Source of the DNA: Auanema rhodensis
Taxonomy: Eukaryota > Animalia > Nematoda
Reading direction: 5' to 3'
Length of the DNA: 64,000 nt
Assembly (NCBI GenBank): GCA_964057225.1
Contig: CAXKVF010000084.1
Coordinates: forward strand, 1-64,000
Shown: piece by piece, positions 40,601 through 55,236 of the stretch
Layout: each line of letters begins with the position of its first letter
Numbering within the stretch: position 1 is the first letter of the stretch
Position numbers and translations under genes: made by a program
The notes under the pieces: model-generated
What the model was told of the DNA's origin: nothing
Seen by the model: only the letters and a program-made list of their open reading frames with translations
The model's database searches: none

Positions 40601-43600
40601 GACTAATATGGACATGGGGAATCTAATTTTGAAAACCGCATCTCTTTATCTTTCACGTGAAGCGAGTTACATACCAAGTGCACATCACGTGTACATTTAA
40701 TTAGCATAAATTAAAGTTCACGTAAATTTCAAAGTCATGGTTACCATGAAGCAATATCAATAAAAATTTGTTTTTAGACTAATATGGACATGGGGAATCT
40801 AATTTTGAAAACCGCATCTCTTTATCTTTCACGTGAAGCGAGTTACATACCAAGTGCACATCACGTGTACATTTAATTAGCATAAATTAAAGTTCACGTA
40901 AATTTCAAAGTCATGGTTACCATGAAGCAATATCAATAAAAATTTGTTTTTAGACTAATATGGACATGGGGAATCTAATTTTGAAAACCGCATCTCTTTA
41001 TCTTTCACGTGAAGCGAGTTACATACCAAGTGCACATCACGTGTACATTTAATTAGCATGAATTAAAGTTCACGTAAATTTCAAAGTCATGGTTACCATG
41101 CACCAATATCAATAAAAATTTGTTTTTAGACTAATATGGACATGGGGAATCTAATTTTGAAAACCGCATCTCTTTATCTTTCACGTGAAGCGAGTTACAT
41201 ACCAAGTGCACATCACGTGTACATTTAATTAGCATAAATTAAAGTTCACGTAAATTTCAAAGTCATGGTTACCATGCACCAATATCAATAAAAATTAGTT
41301 TTTAGACTAATATGGACATGGGGAATCTAATTTTGAAAACCGCATCTCTTTATCTTTCACGTGAAGCGAGTTACATACCAAGTGCACATCACGTGTACAT
41401 TTAATTAGCATAAATTAAAGTTCACGTAAATTTCAAAGTCATGGTTACCATGCACCAATATCAATAAAAATTTGTTTTTAGACTAATATGGACATGGGGG
41501 ATCTAATTTTGAAAACCGCATCTCTTTATCTTTCACGTGAAGCGAGTTACATACCAAGTGCACATCACGTGTACATTTAATTAGCATAAATTAAAGTTCA
41601 CGTAAATTTCAAAGTCATGGTTACCATGAAGCAATATCAATAAAAATTTGTTTTTAGACTAATATGGACATGGGGAATCTAATTTTGAAAACCGCATCTC
41701 TTTATCTTTCACGTGAAGCGAGTTACATACCAAGTGCACATCACGTGTACATTTAATTAGCATAAATTAAAGTTCACGTAAATTTCAAAGTCATGGTTAC
41801 CATGCACCAATATCAATAAAAATTTGTTTTTAGACTAATATGGACATGGGGAATCTAATTTTGAAAACCGCATCTCTTTATCTTTCACGTGAAGCGAGTC
41901 ACATACCAAGTGCACATCACGTGTACATTTAATTAGCATAAATTAAAGTTCACGTAAATTTCAAAGTCATGGTTACCATGCACCAATATCAATAAAAATT
42001 TGTTTTTAGACTAATATGGACATGGGGGATCTAATTTTGAAAACCGCATCTCTTTATCTTTCACGTGAAGCGAGTTACATACCAAGTGCACATCACGTGT
42101 ACATTTAATTAGCATAAATTAAAGTTCACGTAAATTTCAAAGTCATGGTTACCATGAAGCAATATCAATAAAAATTTATTTTTAGACTAATATGGACATG
42201 GGGAATCTAATTTTGAAAACCGCATCTCTTTATCTTTCACGTGAAGCGAGTTACATACCAAGTGCACATCACGTGTACATTTAATTAGCATAAATTAAAG
42301 TTCACGTAAATTTCAAAGTCATGGTTACCATGAAGCAATATCAATAAAAATTTGTTTTTAGACTAATATGGACATGGGGAATCTAATTTTGAAAACCGCA
42401 TCTCTTTATCTTTCACGTGAAGCGAGTTACATACCAAGTGCACATCACGTGTACATTTAATTAGCATAAATTAAAGTTCACGTAAATTTCAAAGTCATGG
42501 TTACCATGAAGCAATATCAATAAAAATTTGTTTTTAGACTAATATGGACATGGGGAATCTAATTTTGAAAACCGCATCTCTTTATCTTTCACGTGAAGCG
42601 AGTTACATACCAAGTGCACATCACGTGTACATTTAATTAGCATAAATTAAAGTTCACGTAAATTTCAAAGTCATGGTTACCATGAAGCAATATCAATAAA
42701 AATTTGTTTTTAGACTAATATGGACATGGGGAATCTAATTTTGAAAACCGCATCTCTTTATCTTTCACGTGAAGCGAGTTACATACCAAGTGCACATCAC
42801 GTGTACATTTAATTAGCATGAATTAAAGTTCACGTAAATTTCAAAGTCATGGTTACCATGCACCAATATCAATAAAAATTTGTTTTTAGACTAATATGGA
42901 CATGGGGAATCTAATTTTGAAAACCGCATCTCTTTATCTTTCACGTGAAGCGAGTTACATACCAAGTGCACATCACGTGTACATTTAATTAGCATAAATT
43001 AAAGTTCACGTAAATTTCAAAGTCATGGTTACCATGCACCAATATCAATAAAAATTTGTTTTTAGACTAATATGGACATGGGGGATCTAATTTTGAAAAC
43101 CGCATCTCTTTATCTTTCACGTGAAGCGAGTTACATACCAAGTGCACATCACGTGTACATTTAATTAGCATAAATTAAAGTTCACGTAAATTTCAAAGTC
43201 ATGGTTACCATGAAGCAATATCAATAAAAATTTGTTTTTAGACTAATATGGACATGGGGAATCTAATTTTGAAAACCGCATCTCTTTATCTTTCACGTGA
43301 AGCGAGTTACATACCAAGTGCACATCACGTGTACATTTAATTAGCATAAATTAAAGTTCACGTAAATTTCAAAGTCATGGTTACCATGCACCAATATCAA
43401 TAAAAATTTGTTTTTAGACTAATATGGACATGGGGAATCTAATTTTGAAAACCGCATCTCTTTATCTTTCACGTGAAGCGAGTCACATACCAAGTGCACA
43501 TCACGTGTACATTTAATTAGCATAAATTAAAGTTCACGTAAATTTCAAAGTCATGGTTACCATGCACCAATATCAATAAAAATTTGTTTTTAGACTAATA

Positions 43601-46600
43601 TGGACATGGGGGATCTAATTTTGAAAACCGCATCTCTTTATCTTTCACGTGAAGCGAGTTACATACCAAGTGCACATCACGTGTACATTTAATTAGCATA
43701 AATTAAAGTTCACGTAAATTTCAAAGTCATGGTTACCATGAAGCAATATCAATAAAAATTTGTTTTTAGACTAATATGGACATGGGGAATCTAATTTTGA
43801 AAACCGCATCTCTTTATCTTTCACGTGAAGCGAGTTACATACCAAGTGCACATCACGTGTACATTTAATTAGCATAAATTAAAGTTCACGTAAATTTCAA
43901 AGTCATGGTTACCATGAACCAATATCAATAAAAATTTGTTTTTAGACTAATATGGACATGGGGAATCTAATTTTGAAAACCGCATCTCTTTATCTTTCAC
44001 GTGAAGCGAGTTACATACCAAGTGCACATCACGTGTACATTTAATTAGCATAAATTAAAGTTCACGTAAATTTCAAAGTCATGGTTACCATGAACCAATA
44101 TCAATAAAAATTTGTTTTTAGACTAATATGGACATGGGGAATCTAATTTTGGAAACCGCATCTCTTTATCTTTCACGTGAAGCGAGTTACATACCAAGTG
44201 CACATCACGTGTACATTTAATTAGCATAAATTAAAGTTCACGTAAATTTCAAAGTCATGGTTACCATGAAGCAATATCAATAAAAATTAGTTTTTAGACT
44301 AATATGGACATGGGGAATCTAATTTTGAAAACCGCATCTCTTTATCTTTCACGTGAAGCGAGTTACATACCAAGTGCACATCACGTGTACATTTAATTAG
44401 CATAAATTAAAGTTCACGTAAATTTCAAAGTCATGGTTACCATGAAGCAATATCAATAAAAATTTGTTTTTAGACTAATATGGACATGGGGAATCTAATT
44501 TTGAAAACCGCATCTCTTTATCTTTCACGTGAAGCGAGTTACATACCAAGTGCACATCACGTGTACATTTAATTAGCATAAATTAAAGTTCACGTAAATT
44601 TCAAAGTCATGGTTACCATGAAGCAATATCAATAAAAATTTGTTTTTAGACTAATATGGACATGGGGAATCTAATTTTGAAAACCGCATCTCTTTATCTT
44701 TCACGTGAAGCGAGTTACATACCAAGTGCACATCACGTGTACATTTAATTAGCATAAATTAAAGTTCACGTAAATTTCAAAGTCATGGTTACCATGAAGC
44801 AATATCAATAAAAATTTGTTTTTAGACTAATATGGACATGGGGAATCTAATTTTGAAAACCGCATCTCTTTATCTTTCACGTGAAGCGAGTTACATACCA
44901 AGTGCACATCACGTGTACATTTGATTAGCATGAATTAAAGTTCACGTAAATTTCAAAGTCATGGTTACCATGCACCAATATCAATAAAAATTTGTTTTTA
45001 GACTAATATGGACATGGGGAATCTAATTTTGAAAACCGCATCTCTTTATCTTTCACGTGAAGCGAGTTACATACCAAGTGCACATCACGTGTACATTTAA
45101 TTAGCATAAATTAAAGTTCACGTAAATTTCAAAGTCATGGTTACCATGCACCAATATCAATAAAAATTTGTTTTTAGACTAATATGGACATGGGGAATCT
45201 AATTTTGAAAACCGCATCTCTTTATCTTTCACGTGAAGCGAGTTACATACCAAGTGCACATCACGTGTACATTTAATTAGCATAAATTAAAGTTCACGTA
45301 AATTTCAAAGTCATGGTTACCATGCACCAATATCAATAAAAATTTGTTTTTAGACTAATATGGACATGGGGGATCTAATTTTGAAAACCGCATCTCTTTA
45401 TCTTTCACGTGAAGCGAGTTACATACCAAGTGCACATCACGTGTACATTTAATTAGCATAAATTAAAGTTCACGTAAATTTCAAAGTCATGGTTACCATG
45501 AAGCAATATCAATAAAAATTTGTTTTTAGACTAATATGGACATGGGGAATCTAATTTTGAAAACCGCATTTCTTTATCTTTCACGTGAAGCGAGTTACAT
45601 ACCAAGTGCACATCACGTGTACATTTAATTAGCATAAATTAAAGTTCACGTAAATTTCAAAGTCATGGTTACCATGCACCAATATCAATAAAAATTTGTT
45701 TTTAGACTAATATGGACATGGGGAATCTAATTTTGAAAACCGCATCTCTTTATCTTTCACGTGAAGCAAGTTACATACCAAGTGCACATCACGTGTACAT
45801 TTAATTAGCATAAATTAAAGTTCACGTAAATTTCAAAGTCATGGTTACCATGCACCAATATCAATAAAAATTTGTTTTTAGACTAATATGGACATGGGGG
45901 ATCTAATTTTGAAAACCGCATCTCTTTATCTTTCACGTGAAGCGAGTTACATACCAAGTGCACATCACGTGTACATTTAATTAGCATAAATTAAAGTTCA
46001 CGTAAATTTCAAAGTCATGGTTACCATGAAGCAATATCAATAAAAATTTGTTTTTAGACTAATATGGACATGGGGAATCTAATTTTGAAAACCGCATCTC
46101 TTTATCTTTCACGCGAAGCGAGTTACATACCAAGTGCACATCACGTGTACATTTAATTAGCATAAATTAAAGTTCACGTAAATTTCAAAGTCATGGTTAC
46201 CATGAAGCAATATCAATAAAAATTTGTTTTTAGACTAATATGGACATGGGGAATCTAATTTTGAAAACCGCATCTCTTTATCTTTCACGTGAAGCGAGTT
46301 ACATACCAAGTGCACATCACGTGTACATTTAATTAGCATAAATTAAAGTTCACGTAAATTTCAAAGTCATGGTTACCATGCACCAATATCAATAAAAATT
46401 TGTTTTTAGACTAATATGGACATGGGGAATCTAATTTTGAAAACCGCATCTCTTTATCTTTCACGTGAAGCGAGTTACATACCAAGTGCACATCACGTGT
46501 ACATTTAATTAGCATAAATTAAAGTTCACGTAAATTTCAAAGTCATGGTTACCATGAACCAATATCAATAAAAATTTGTTTTTAGACTAATATGGACATG

Positions 46601-49600
46601 GGGAATCTAATTTTGGAAACCGCATCTCTTTATCTTTCACGTGAAGCGAGTTACATACCAAGTGCACATCACGTGTACATTTAATTAGCATAAATTAAAG
46701 TTCACGTAAATTTCAAAGTCATGGTTACCATGAAGCAATATCAATAAAAATTAGTTTTTAGACTAATATGGACATGGGGAATCTAATTTTGAAAACCGCA
46801 TCTCTTTATCTTTCACGTGAAGCGAGTTACATACCAAGTGCACATCACGTGTACATTTAATTAGCATAAATTAAAGTTCACGTAAATTTCAAAGTCATGG
46901 TTACCATGAAGCAATATCAATAAAAATTTGTTTTTAGACTAATATGGACATGGGGAATCTAATTTTGAAAACCGCATCTCTTTATCTTTCACGTGAAGCG
47001 AGTTACATACCAAGTGCACATCACGTGTACATTTAATTAGCATAAATTAAAGTTCACGTAAATTTCAAAGTCATGGTTACCATGAAGCAATATCAATAAA
47101 AATTTGTTTTTAGACTAATATGGACATGGGGAATCTAATTTTGAAAACCGCATCTCTTTATCTTTCACGTGAAGCGAGTTACATACCAAGTGCACATCAC
47201 GTGTACATTTAATTAGCATGAATTAAAGTTCACGTAAATTTCAAAGTCATGGTTACCATGCACCAATATCAATAAAAATTTGTTTTTAGACTAATATGGA
47301 CATGGGGAATCTAATTTTGAAAACCGCATCTCTTTATCTTTCACGTGAAGCGAGTTACATACCAAGTGCACATCACGTGTACATTTAATTAGCATAAATT
47401 AAAGTTCACGTAAATTTCAAAGTCATGGTTACCATGCACCAATATCAATAAAAATTTGTTTTTAGACTAATATGGACATGGGGGATCTAATTTTGAAAAC
47501 CGCATCTCTTTATCTTTCACGTGAAGCGAGTTACATACCAAGTGCACATCACGTGTACATTTAATTAGCATAAATTAAAGTTCACGTAAATTTCAAAGTC
47601 ATGGTTACCATGAAGCAATATCAATAAAAATTTGTTTTTAGACTAATATGGACATGGGGAATCTAATTTTGAAAACCGCATCTCTTTATCTTTCACGTGA
47701 AGCGAGTTACATACCAAGTGCACATCACGTGTACATTTAATTAGCATAAATTAAAGTTCACGTAAATTTCAAAGTCATGGTTACCATGCACCAATATCAA
47801 TAAAAATTTGTTTTTAGACTAATATGGACATGGGGAATCTAATTTTGAAAACCGCATCTCTTTATCTTTCACGTGAAGCGAGTTACATACCAAGTGCACA
47901 TCACGTGTACATTTAATTAGCATAAATTAAAGTTCACGTAAATTTCAAAGTCATGGTTACCATGCACCAATATCAATAAAAATTTGTTTTTAGACTAATA
48001 TGGACATGGGGGATCTAATTTTGAAAACCGCATCTCTTTATCTTTCACGTGAAGCGAGTTACATACCAAGTGCACATCACGTGTACATTTAATTAGCATA
48101 AATTAAAGTTCACGTAAATTTCAAAGTCATGGTTACCATGAAGCAATATCAATAAAAATTTGTTTTTAGACTAATATGGACATGGGGAATCTAATTTTGA
48201 AAACCGCATCTCTTTATCTTTCACGTGAAGCGAGTTACATACCAAGTGCACATCACGTGTACATTTAATTAGCATAAATTAAAGTTCACGTAAATTTCAA
48301 AGTCATGGTTACCATGCACCAATATCAATAAAAATTTGTTTTTAGACTAATATGGACATGGGGGATCTAATTTTGAAAACCGCATCTCTTTATCTTTCAC
48401 GTGAAGCGAGTTACATACCAAGTGCACATCACGTGTACATTTAATTAGCATAAATTAAAGTTCACGTAAATTTCAAAGTCATGGTTACCATGAAGCAATA
48501 TCAATAAAAATTTGTTTTTAGACTAATATGGACATGGGGAATCTAATTTTGAAAACCGCATCTCTTTATCTTTCACGTGAAGCGAGTTACATACCAAGTG
48601 CACATCACGTGTACATTTAATTAGCATAAATTAAAGTTCACGTAAATTTCAAAGTCATGGTTACCATGAACCAATATCAATAAAAATTTGTTTTTAGACT
48701 AATATGGACATGGGGAATCTAATTTTGAAAACCGCATCTCTTTATCTTTCACGTGAAGCGAGTTACATACCAAGTGCACATCACGTGTACATTTAATTAG
48801 CATAAATTAAAGTTCACGTAAATTTCAAAGTCATGGTTACCATGAACCAATATCAATAAAAATTTGTTTTTAGACTAATATGGACATGGGGAATCTAATT
48901 TTGAAAACCGCATCTCTTTATCTTTCACGTGAAGCGAGTTACATACCAAGTGCACATCACGTGTACATTTAATTAGCATAAATTAAAGTTCACGTAAATT
49001 TCAAAGTCATGGTTACCATGAAGCAATATCAATAAAAATTAGTTTTTAGACTAATATGGACATGGGGAATCTAATTTTGAAAACCGCATCTCTTTATCTT
49101 TCACGTGAAGCGAGTTACATACCAAGTGCACATCACGTGTACATTTAATTAGCATAAATTAAAGTTCACGTAAATTTCAAAGTCATGGTTACCATGAAGC
49201 AATATCAATAAAAATTTGTTTTTAGACTAATATGGACATGGGGAATCTAATTTTGAAAACCGCATCTCTTTATCTTTCACGTGAAGCGAGTTACATACCA
49301 AGTGCACATCACGTGTACATTTAATTAGCATAAATTAAAGTTCACGTAAATTTCAAAGTCATGGTTACCATGAAGCAATATCAATAAAAATTTGTTTTTA
49401 GACTAATATGGACATGGGGAATCTAATTTTGAAAACCGCATCTCTTTATCTTTCACGTGAAGCGAGTTACATACCAAGTGCACATCACGTGTACATTTAA
49501 TTAGCATAAATTAAAGTTCACGTAAATTTCAAAGTCATGGTTACCATGAAGCAATATCAATAAAAATTCGTTTTTAGACTAATATGGACATGGGGAATCT

Positions 49601-52600
49601 AATTTTGAAAACCGCATCTCTTTATCTTTCACGTGAAGCGAGTTACATACCAAGTGCACATCACGTGTACATTTAATTAGCATGAATTAAAGTTCACGTA
49701 AATTTCAAAGTCATGGTTACCATGCACCAATATCAATAAAAATTTGTTTTTAGACTAATATGGACATGGGGAATCTAATTTTGAAAACCGCATCTCTTTA
49801 TCTTTCACGTGAAGCGAGTTACATACCAAGTGCACATCACGTGTACATTTAATTAGCATAAATTAAAGTTCACGTAAATTTCAAAGTCATGGTTACCATG
49901 AAGCAATATCAATAAAAATTTGTTTTTAGACTAATATGGACATGGGGAATCTAATTTTGAAAACCGCATCTCTTTATCTTTCACGTGAAGCGAGTTACAT
50001 ACCAAGTGCACATCACGTGTACATTTAATTAGCATAAATTAAAGTTCACGTAAATTTCAAAGTCATGGTTACCATGCACCAATATCAATAAAAATTTGTT
50101 TTTAGACTAATATGGACATGGGGGATCTAATTTTGAAAACCGCATCTCTTTATCTTTCACGTGAAGCGAGTTACATACCAAGTGCACATCACGTGTACAT
50201 TTAATTAGCATAAATTAAAGTTCACGTAAATTTCAAAGTCATGGTTACCATGAAGCAATATCAATAAAAATTTGTTTTTAGACTAATATGGACATGGGGA
50301 ATCTAATTTTGAAAACCGCATCTCTTTATCTTTCACGTGAAGCGAGTTACATACCAAGTGCACATCACGTGTACATTTAATTAGCATAAATTAAAGTTCA
50401 CGTAAATTTCAAAGTCATGGTTACCATGCACCAATATCAATAAAAATTTGTTTTTAGACTAATATGGACATGGGGAATCTAATTTTGAAAACCGCATCTC
50501 TTTATCTTTCACGTGAAGCGAGTTACATACCAAGTGCACATCACGTGTACATTTAATTAGCATAAATTAAAGTTCACGTAAATTTCAAAGTCATGGTTAC
50601 CATGCACCAATATCAATAAAAATTTGTTTTTAGACTAATATGGACATGGGGAATCTAATTTTGAAAACCGCATCTCTTTATCTTTCACGTGAAGCGAGTT
50701 ACATACCAAGTGCACATCACGTGTACATTTAATTAGCATGAATTAAAGTTCACGTAAATTTCAAAGTCATGGTTACCATGCACCAATATCAATAAAAATT
50801 TGTTTTTAGACTAATATGGACATGGGGGATCTAATTTTGAAAACCGCATCTCTTTATCTTTCACGTGAAGCGAGTTACATACCAAGTGCACATCACGTGT
50901 ACATTTAATTAGCATAAATTAAAGTTCACGTAAATTTCAAAGTCATGGTTACCATGAAGCAATATCAATAAAAATTTGTTTTTAGACTAATATGGACATG
51001 GGGAATCTAATTTTGAAAACCGCATCTCTTTATCTTTCACGTGAAGCGAGTTACATACCAAGTGCACATCACGTGTACATTTAATTAGCATAAATTAAAG
51101 TTCACGTAAATTTCAAAGTCATGGTTACCATGCACCAATATCAATAAAAATTTGTTTTTAGACTAATATGGACATGGGGAATCTAATTTTGAAAACCGCA
51201 TCTCTTTATCTTTCACGTGAAGCGAGTTACATACCAAGTGCACATCACGTGTACATTTAATTAGCATAAATTAAAGTTCACGTAAATTTCAAAGTCATGG
51301 TTACCATGAAGCAATATCAATAAAAATTTGTTTTTAGACTAATATGGACATGGGGAATCTAATTTTGAAAACCGCATCTCTTTATCTTTCACGTGAAGCG
51401 AGTTACATACCAAGTGCACATCACGTGTACATTTAATTAGCATAAATTAAAGTTCACGTAAATTTCAAAGTCATGGTTACCATGAACCAATATCAATAAA
51501 AATTTGTTTTTAGACTAATATGGACATGGGGAATCTAATTTTGAAAACCGCATCTCTTTATCTTTCACGTGAAGCGAGTTACATACCAAGTGCACATCAC
51601 GTGTACATTTAATTAGCATAAATTAAAGTTCACGTAAATTTCAAAGTCATGGTTACCATGAACCAATATCAATAAAAATTTGTTTTTAGACTAATATGGA
51701 CATGGGGAATCTAATTTTGGAAACCGCATCTCTTTATCTTTCACGTGAAGCGAGTTACATACCAAGTGCACATCACGTGTACATTTAATTAGCATAAATT
51801 AAAGTTCACGTAAATTTCAAAGTCATGGTTACCATGAAGCAATATCAATAAAAATTAGTTTTTAGACTAATATGGACATGGGGAATCTAATTTTGAAAAC
51901 CGCATCTCTTTATCTTTCACGTGAAGCGAGTTACATACCAAGTGCACATCACGTGTACATTTAATTAGCATAAATTAAAGTTCACGTAAATTTCAAAGTC
52001 ATGGTTACCATGAAGCAATATCAATAAAAATTTGTTTTTAGACTAATATGGACATGGGGAATCTAATTTTGAAAACCGCATCTCTTTATCTTTCACGTGA
52101 AGCGAGTTACATACCAAGTGCACATCACGTGTACATTTAATTAGCATAAATTAAAGTTCACGTAAATTTCAAAGTCATGGTTACCATGAAGCAATATCAA
52201 TAAAAATTTGTTTTTAGACTAATATGGACATGGGGAATCTAATTTTGAAAACCGCATCTCTTTATCTTTCACGTGAAGCGAGTTACATACCAAGTGCACA
52301 TCACGTGTACATTTAATTAGCATAAATTAAAGTTCACGTAAATTTCAAAATCATGGTTACCATGAAGCAATATCAATAAAAATTCGTTTTTAGACTAATA
52401 TGGACATGGGGAATCTAATTTTGAAAACCGCATCTCTTTATCTTTCACGTGAAGCGAGTTACATACCAAGTGCACATCACGTGTACATTTGATTAGCATG
52501 AATTAAAGTTCACGTAAATTTCAAAGTCATGGTTACCATGCACCAATATCAATAAAAATTTGTTTTTAGACTAATATGGACATGGGGAATCTAATTTTGA

Positions 52601-54000
52601 AAACCGCATCTCTTTATCTTTCACGTGAAGCGAGTTACATACCAAGTGCACATCACGTGTACATTTAATTAGCATAAATTAAAGTTCACGTAAATTTCAA
52701 AGTCATGGTTACCATGCACCAATATCAATAAAAATTTGTTTTTAGACTAATATGGACATGGGGGATCTAATTTTGAAAACCGCATCTCTTTATCTTTCAC
52801 GTGAAGCGAGTTACATACCAAGTGCACATCACGTGTACATTTAATTAGCATAAATTAAAGTTCACGTAAATTTCAAAGTCATGGTTACCATGAAGCAATA
52901 TCAATAAAAATTTGTTTTTAGACTAATATGGACATGGGGAATCTAATTTTGAAAACCGCATCTCTTTATCTTTCACGTGAAGCGAGTTACATACCAAGTG
53001 CACATCACGTGTACATTTAATTAGCATAAATTAAAGTTCACGTAAATTTCAAAGTCATGGTTACCATGCACCAATATCAATAAAAATTTGTTTTTAGACT
53101 AATATGGACATGGGGAATCTAATTTTGAACACCGCATCTCTTTATCTTTCACGTGAAGCGAGTTACATACCAAGTGCACATCACGTGTACATTTAATTAG
53201 CATAAATTAAAGTTCACGTAAATTTCAAAGTCATGGTTACCATGCACCAATATCAATAAAAATTTGTTTTTAGACTAATATGGACATGGGGAATCTAATT
53301 TTGAAAACCGCATCTCTTTATCTTTCACGTGAAGCGAGTTACATACCAAGTGCACATCACGTGTACATTTAATTAGCATAAATTAAAGTTCACGTAAATT
53401 TCAAAGTCATGGTTACCATGAAGCAATATCAATAAAAATTCGTTTTTAGACTAATATGGACATGGGGAATCTAATTTTGAAAACCGCATCTCTTTATCTT
53501 TCACGTGAAGCGAGTTACATACCAAGTGCACATCACGTGTACATTTAATTAGCATGAATTAAAGTTCACGTAAATTTCAAAGTCATGGTTACCATGCACC
53601 AATATCAATAAAAATTTGTTTTTAGACTAATATGGACATGGGGAATCTAATTTTGAAAACCGCATCTCTTTATCTTTCACGTGAAGCGAGTTACATACCA
53701 AGTGCACATCACGTGTACATTTAATTAGCATAAATTAAAGTTCACGTAAATTTCAAAGTCATGGTTACCATGCACCAATATCAATAAAAATTTGTTTTTA
53801 GACTAATATGGACATGGGGGATCTAATTTTGAAAACCGCATCTCTTTATCTTTCACGTGAAGCGAGTTACATACCAAGTGCACATCACGTGTACATTTAA
53901 TTAGCATAAATTAAAGTTCACGTAAATTTCAAAGTCATGGTTACCATGAAGCAATATCAATAAAAATTTGTTTTTAGACTAATATGGACATGGGGAATCT
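37637..54000. repeat. Variable-length (13-21 monomer) higher-order repeat domain
   Basis: A marker monomer (TTGG + AAGC + ATTAG) starts at 37637, 40453, 44149, 46613, 48901 (lacks TTGG) and 51717, at spacings of 16, 21, 14, 13 and 16 monomers. Each is followed by an AAGC run, then a CATGAA/CACC monomer, then CACC monomers, some carrying GGGGGA. The right boundary is approximate. Confidence 0.75.
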
Positions 54001-55236
54001 AATTTTGAAAACCGCATCTCTTTATCTTTCACGTGAAGCGAGTTACATACCAAGTGCACATCACGTGTACATTTAATTAGCATAAATTAAAGTTCACGTA
54101 AATTTCAAAGTCATGGTTACCATGCACCAATATCAATAAAAATTTGTTTTTAGACTAATATGGACATGGGGAATCTAATTTTGAAAACCGCATCTCTTTA
54201 TCTTTCACGTGAAGCGAGTTACATACCAAGTGCACATCACGTGTACATTTAATTAGCATAAATTAAAGTTCACGTAAATTTCAAAGTCATGGTTACCATG
54301 CACCAATATCAATAAAAATTTGTTTTTAGACTAATATGGACATGGGGAATCTAATTTTGAAAACCGCATCTCTTTATCTTTCACGTGAAGCGAGTTACAT
54401 ACCAAGTGCACATCACGTGTACATTTAATTAGCATAAATTAAAGTTCACGTAAATTTCAAAGTCATGGTTACCATGCACCAATATCAATAAAAATTTGTT
54501 TTTAGACTAATATGGACATGGGGGATCTAATTTTGAAAACCGCATCTCTTTATCTTTCACGTGAAGCGAGTTACATACCAAGTGCACATCACGTGTACAT
54601 TTAATTAGCATAAATTAAAGTTCACGTAAATTTCAAAGTCATGGTTACCATGAAGCAATATCAATAAAAATTTGTTTTTAGACTAATATGGACATGGGGA
54701 ATCTAATTTTGAAAACCGCATCTCTTTATCTTTCACGTGAAGCGAGTTACATACCAAGTGCACATCACGTGTACATTTAATTAGCATAAATTAAAGTTCA
54801 CGTAAATTTCAAAGTCATGGTTACCATGCACCAATATCAATAAAAATTTGTTTTTAGACTAATATGGACATGGGGAATCTAATTTTGAAAACCGCATCTC
54901 TTTATCTTTCACGTGAAGCGAGTTACATACCAAGTGCACATCACGTGTACATTTAATTAGCATAAATTAAAGTTCACGTAAATTTCAAAGTCATGGTTAC
55001 CATGCACCAATATCAATAAAAATTTGTTTTTAGACTAATATGGACATGGGGGATCTAATTTTGAAAACCGCATCTCTTTATCTTTCACGTGAAGCGAGTT
55101 ACATACCAAGTGCACATCACGTGTACATTTAATTAGCATAAATTAAAGTTCACGTAAATTTCAAAGTCATGGTTACCATGAAGCAATATCAATAAAAATT
55201 TGTTTTTAGACTAATATGGACATGGGGAATCTAATT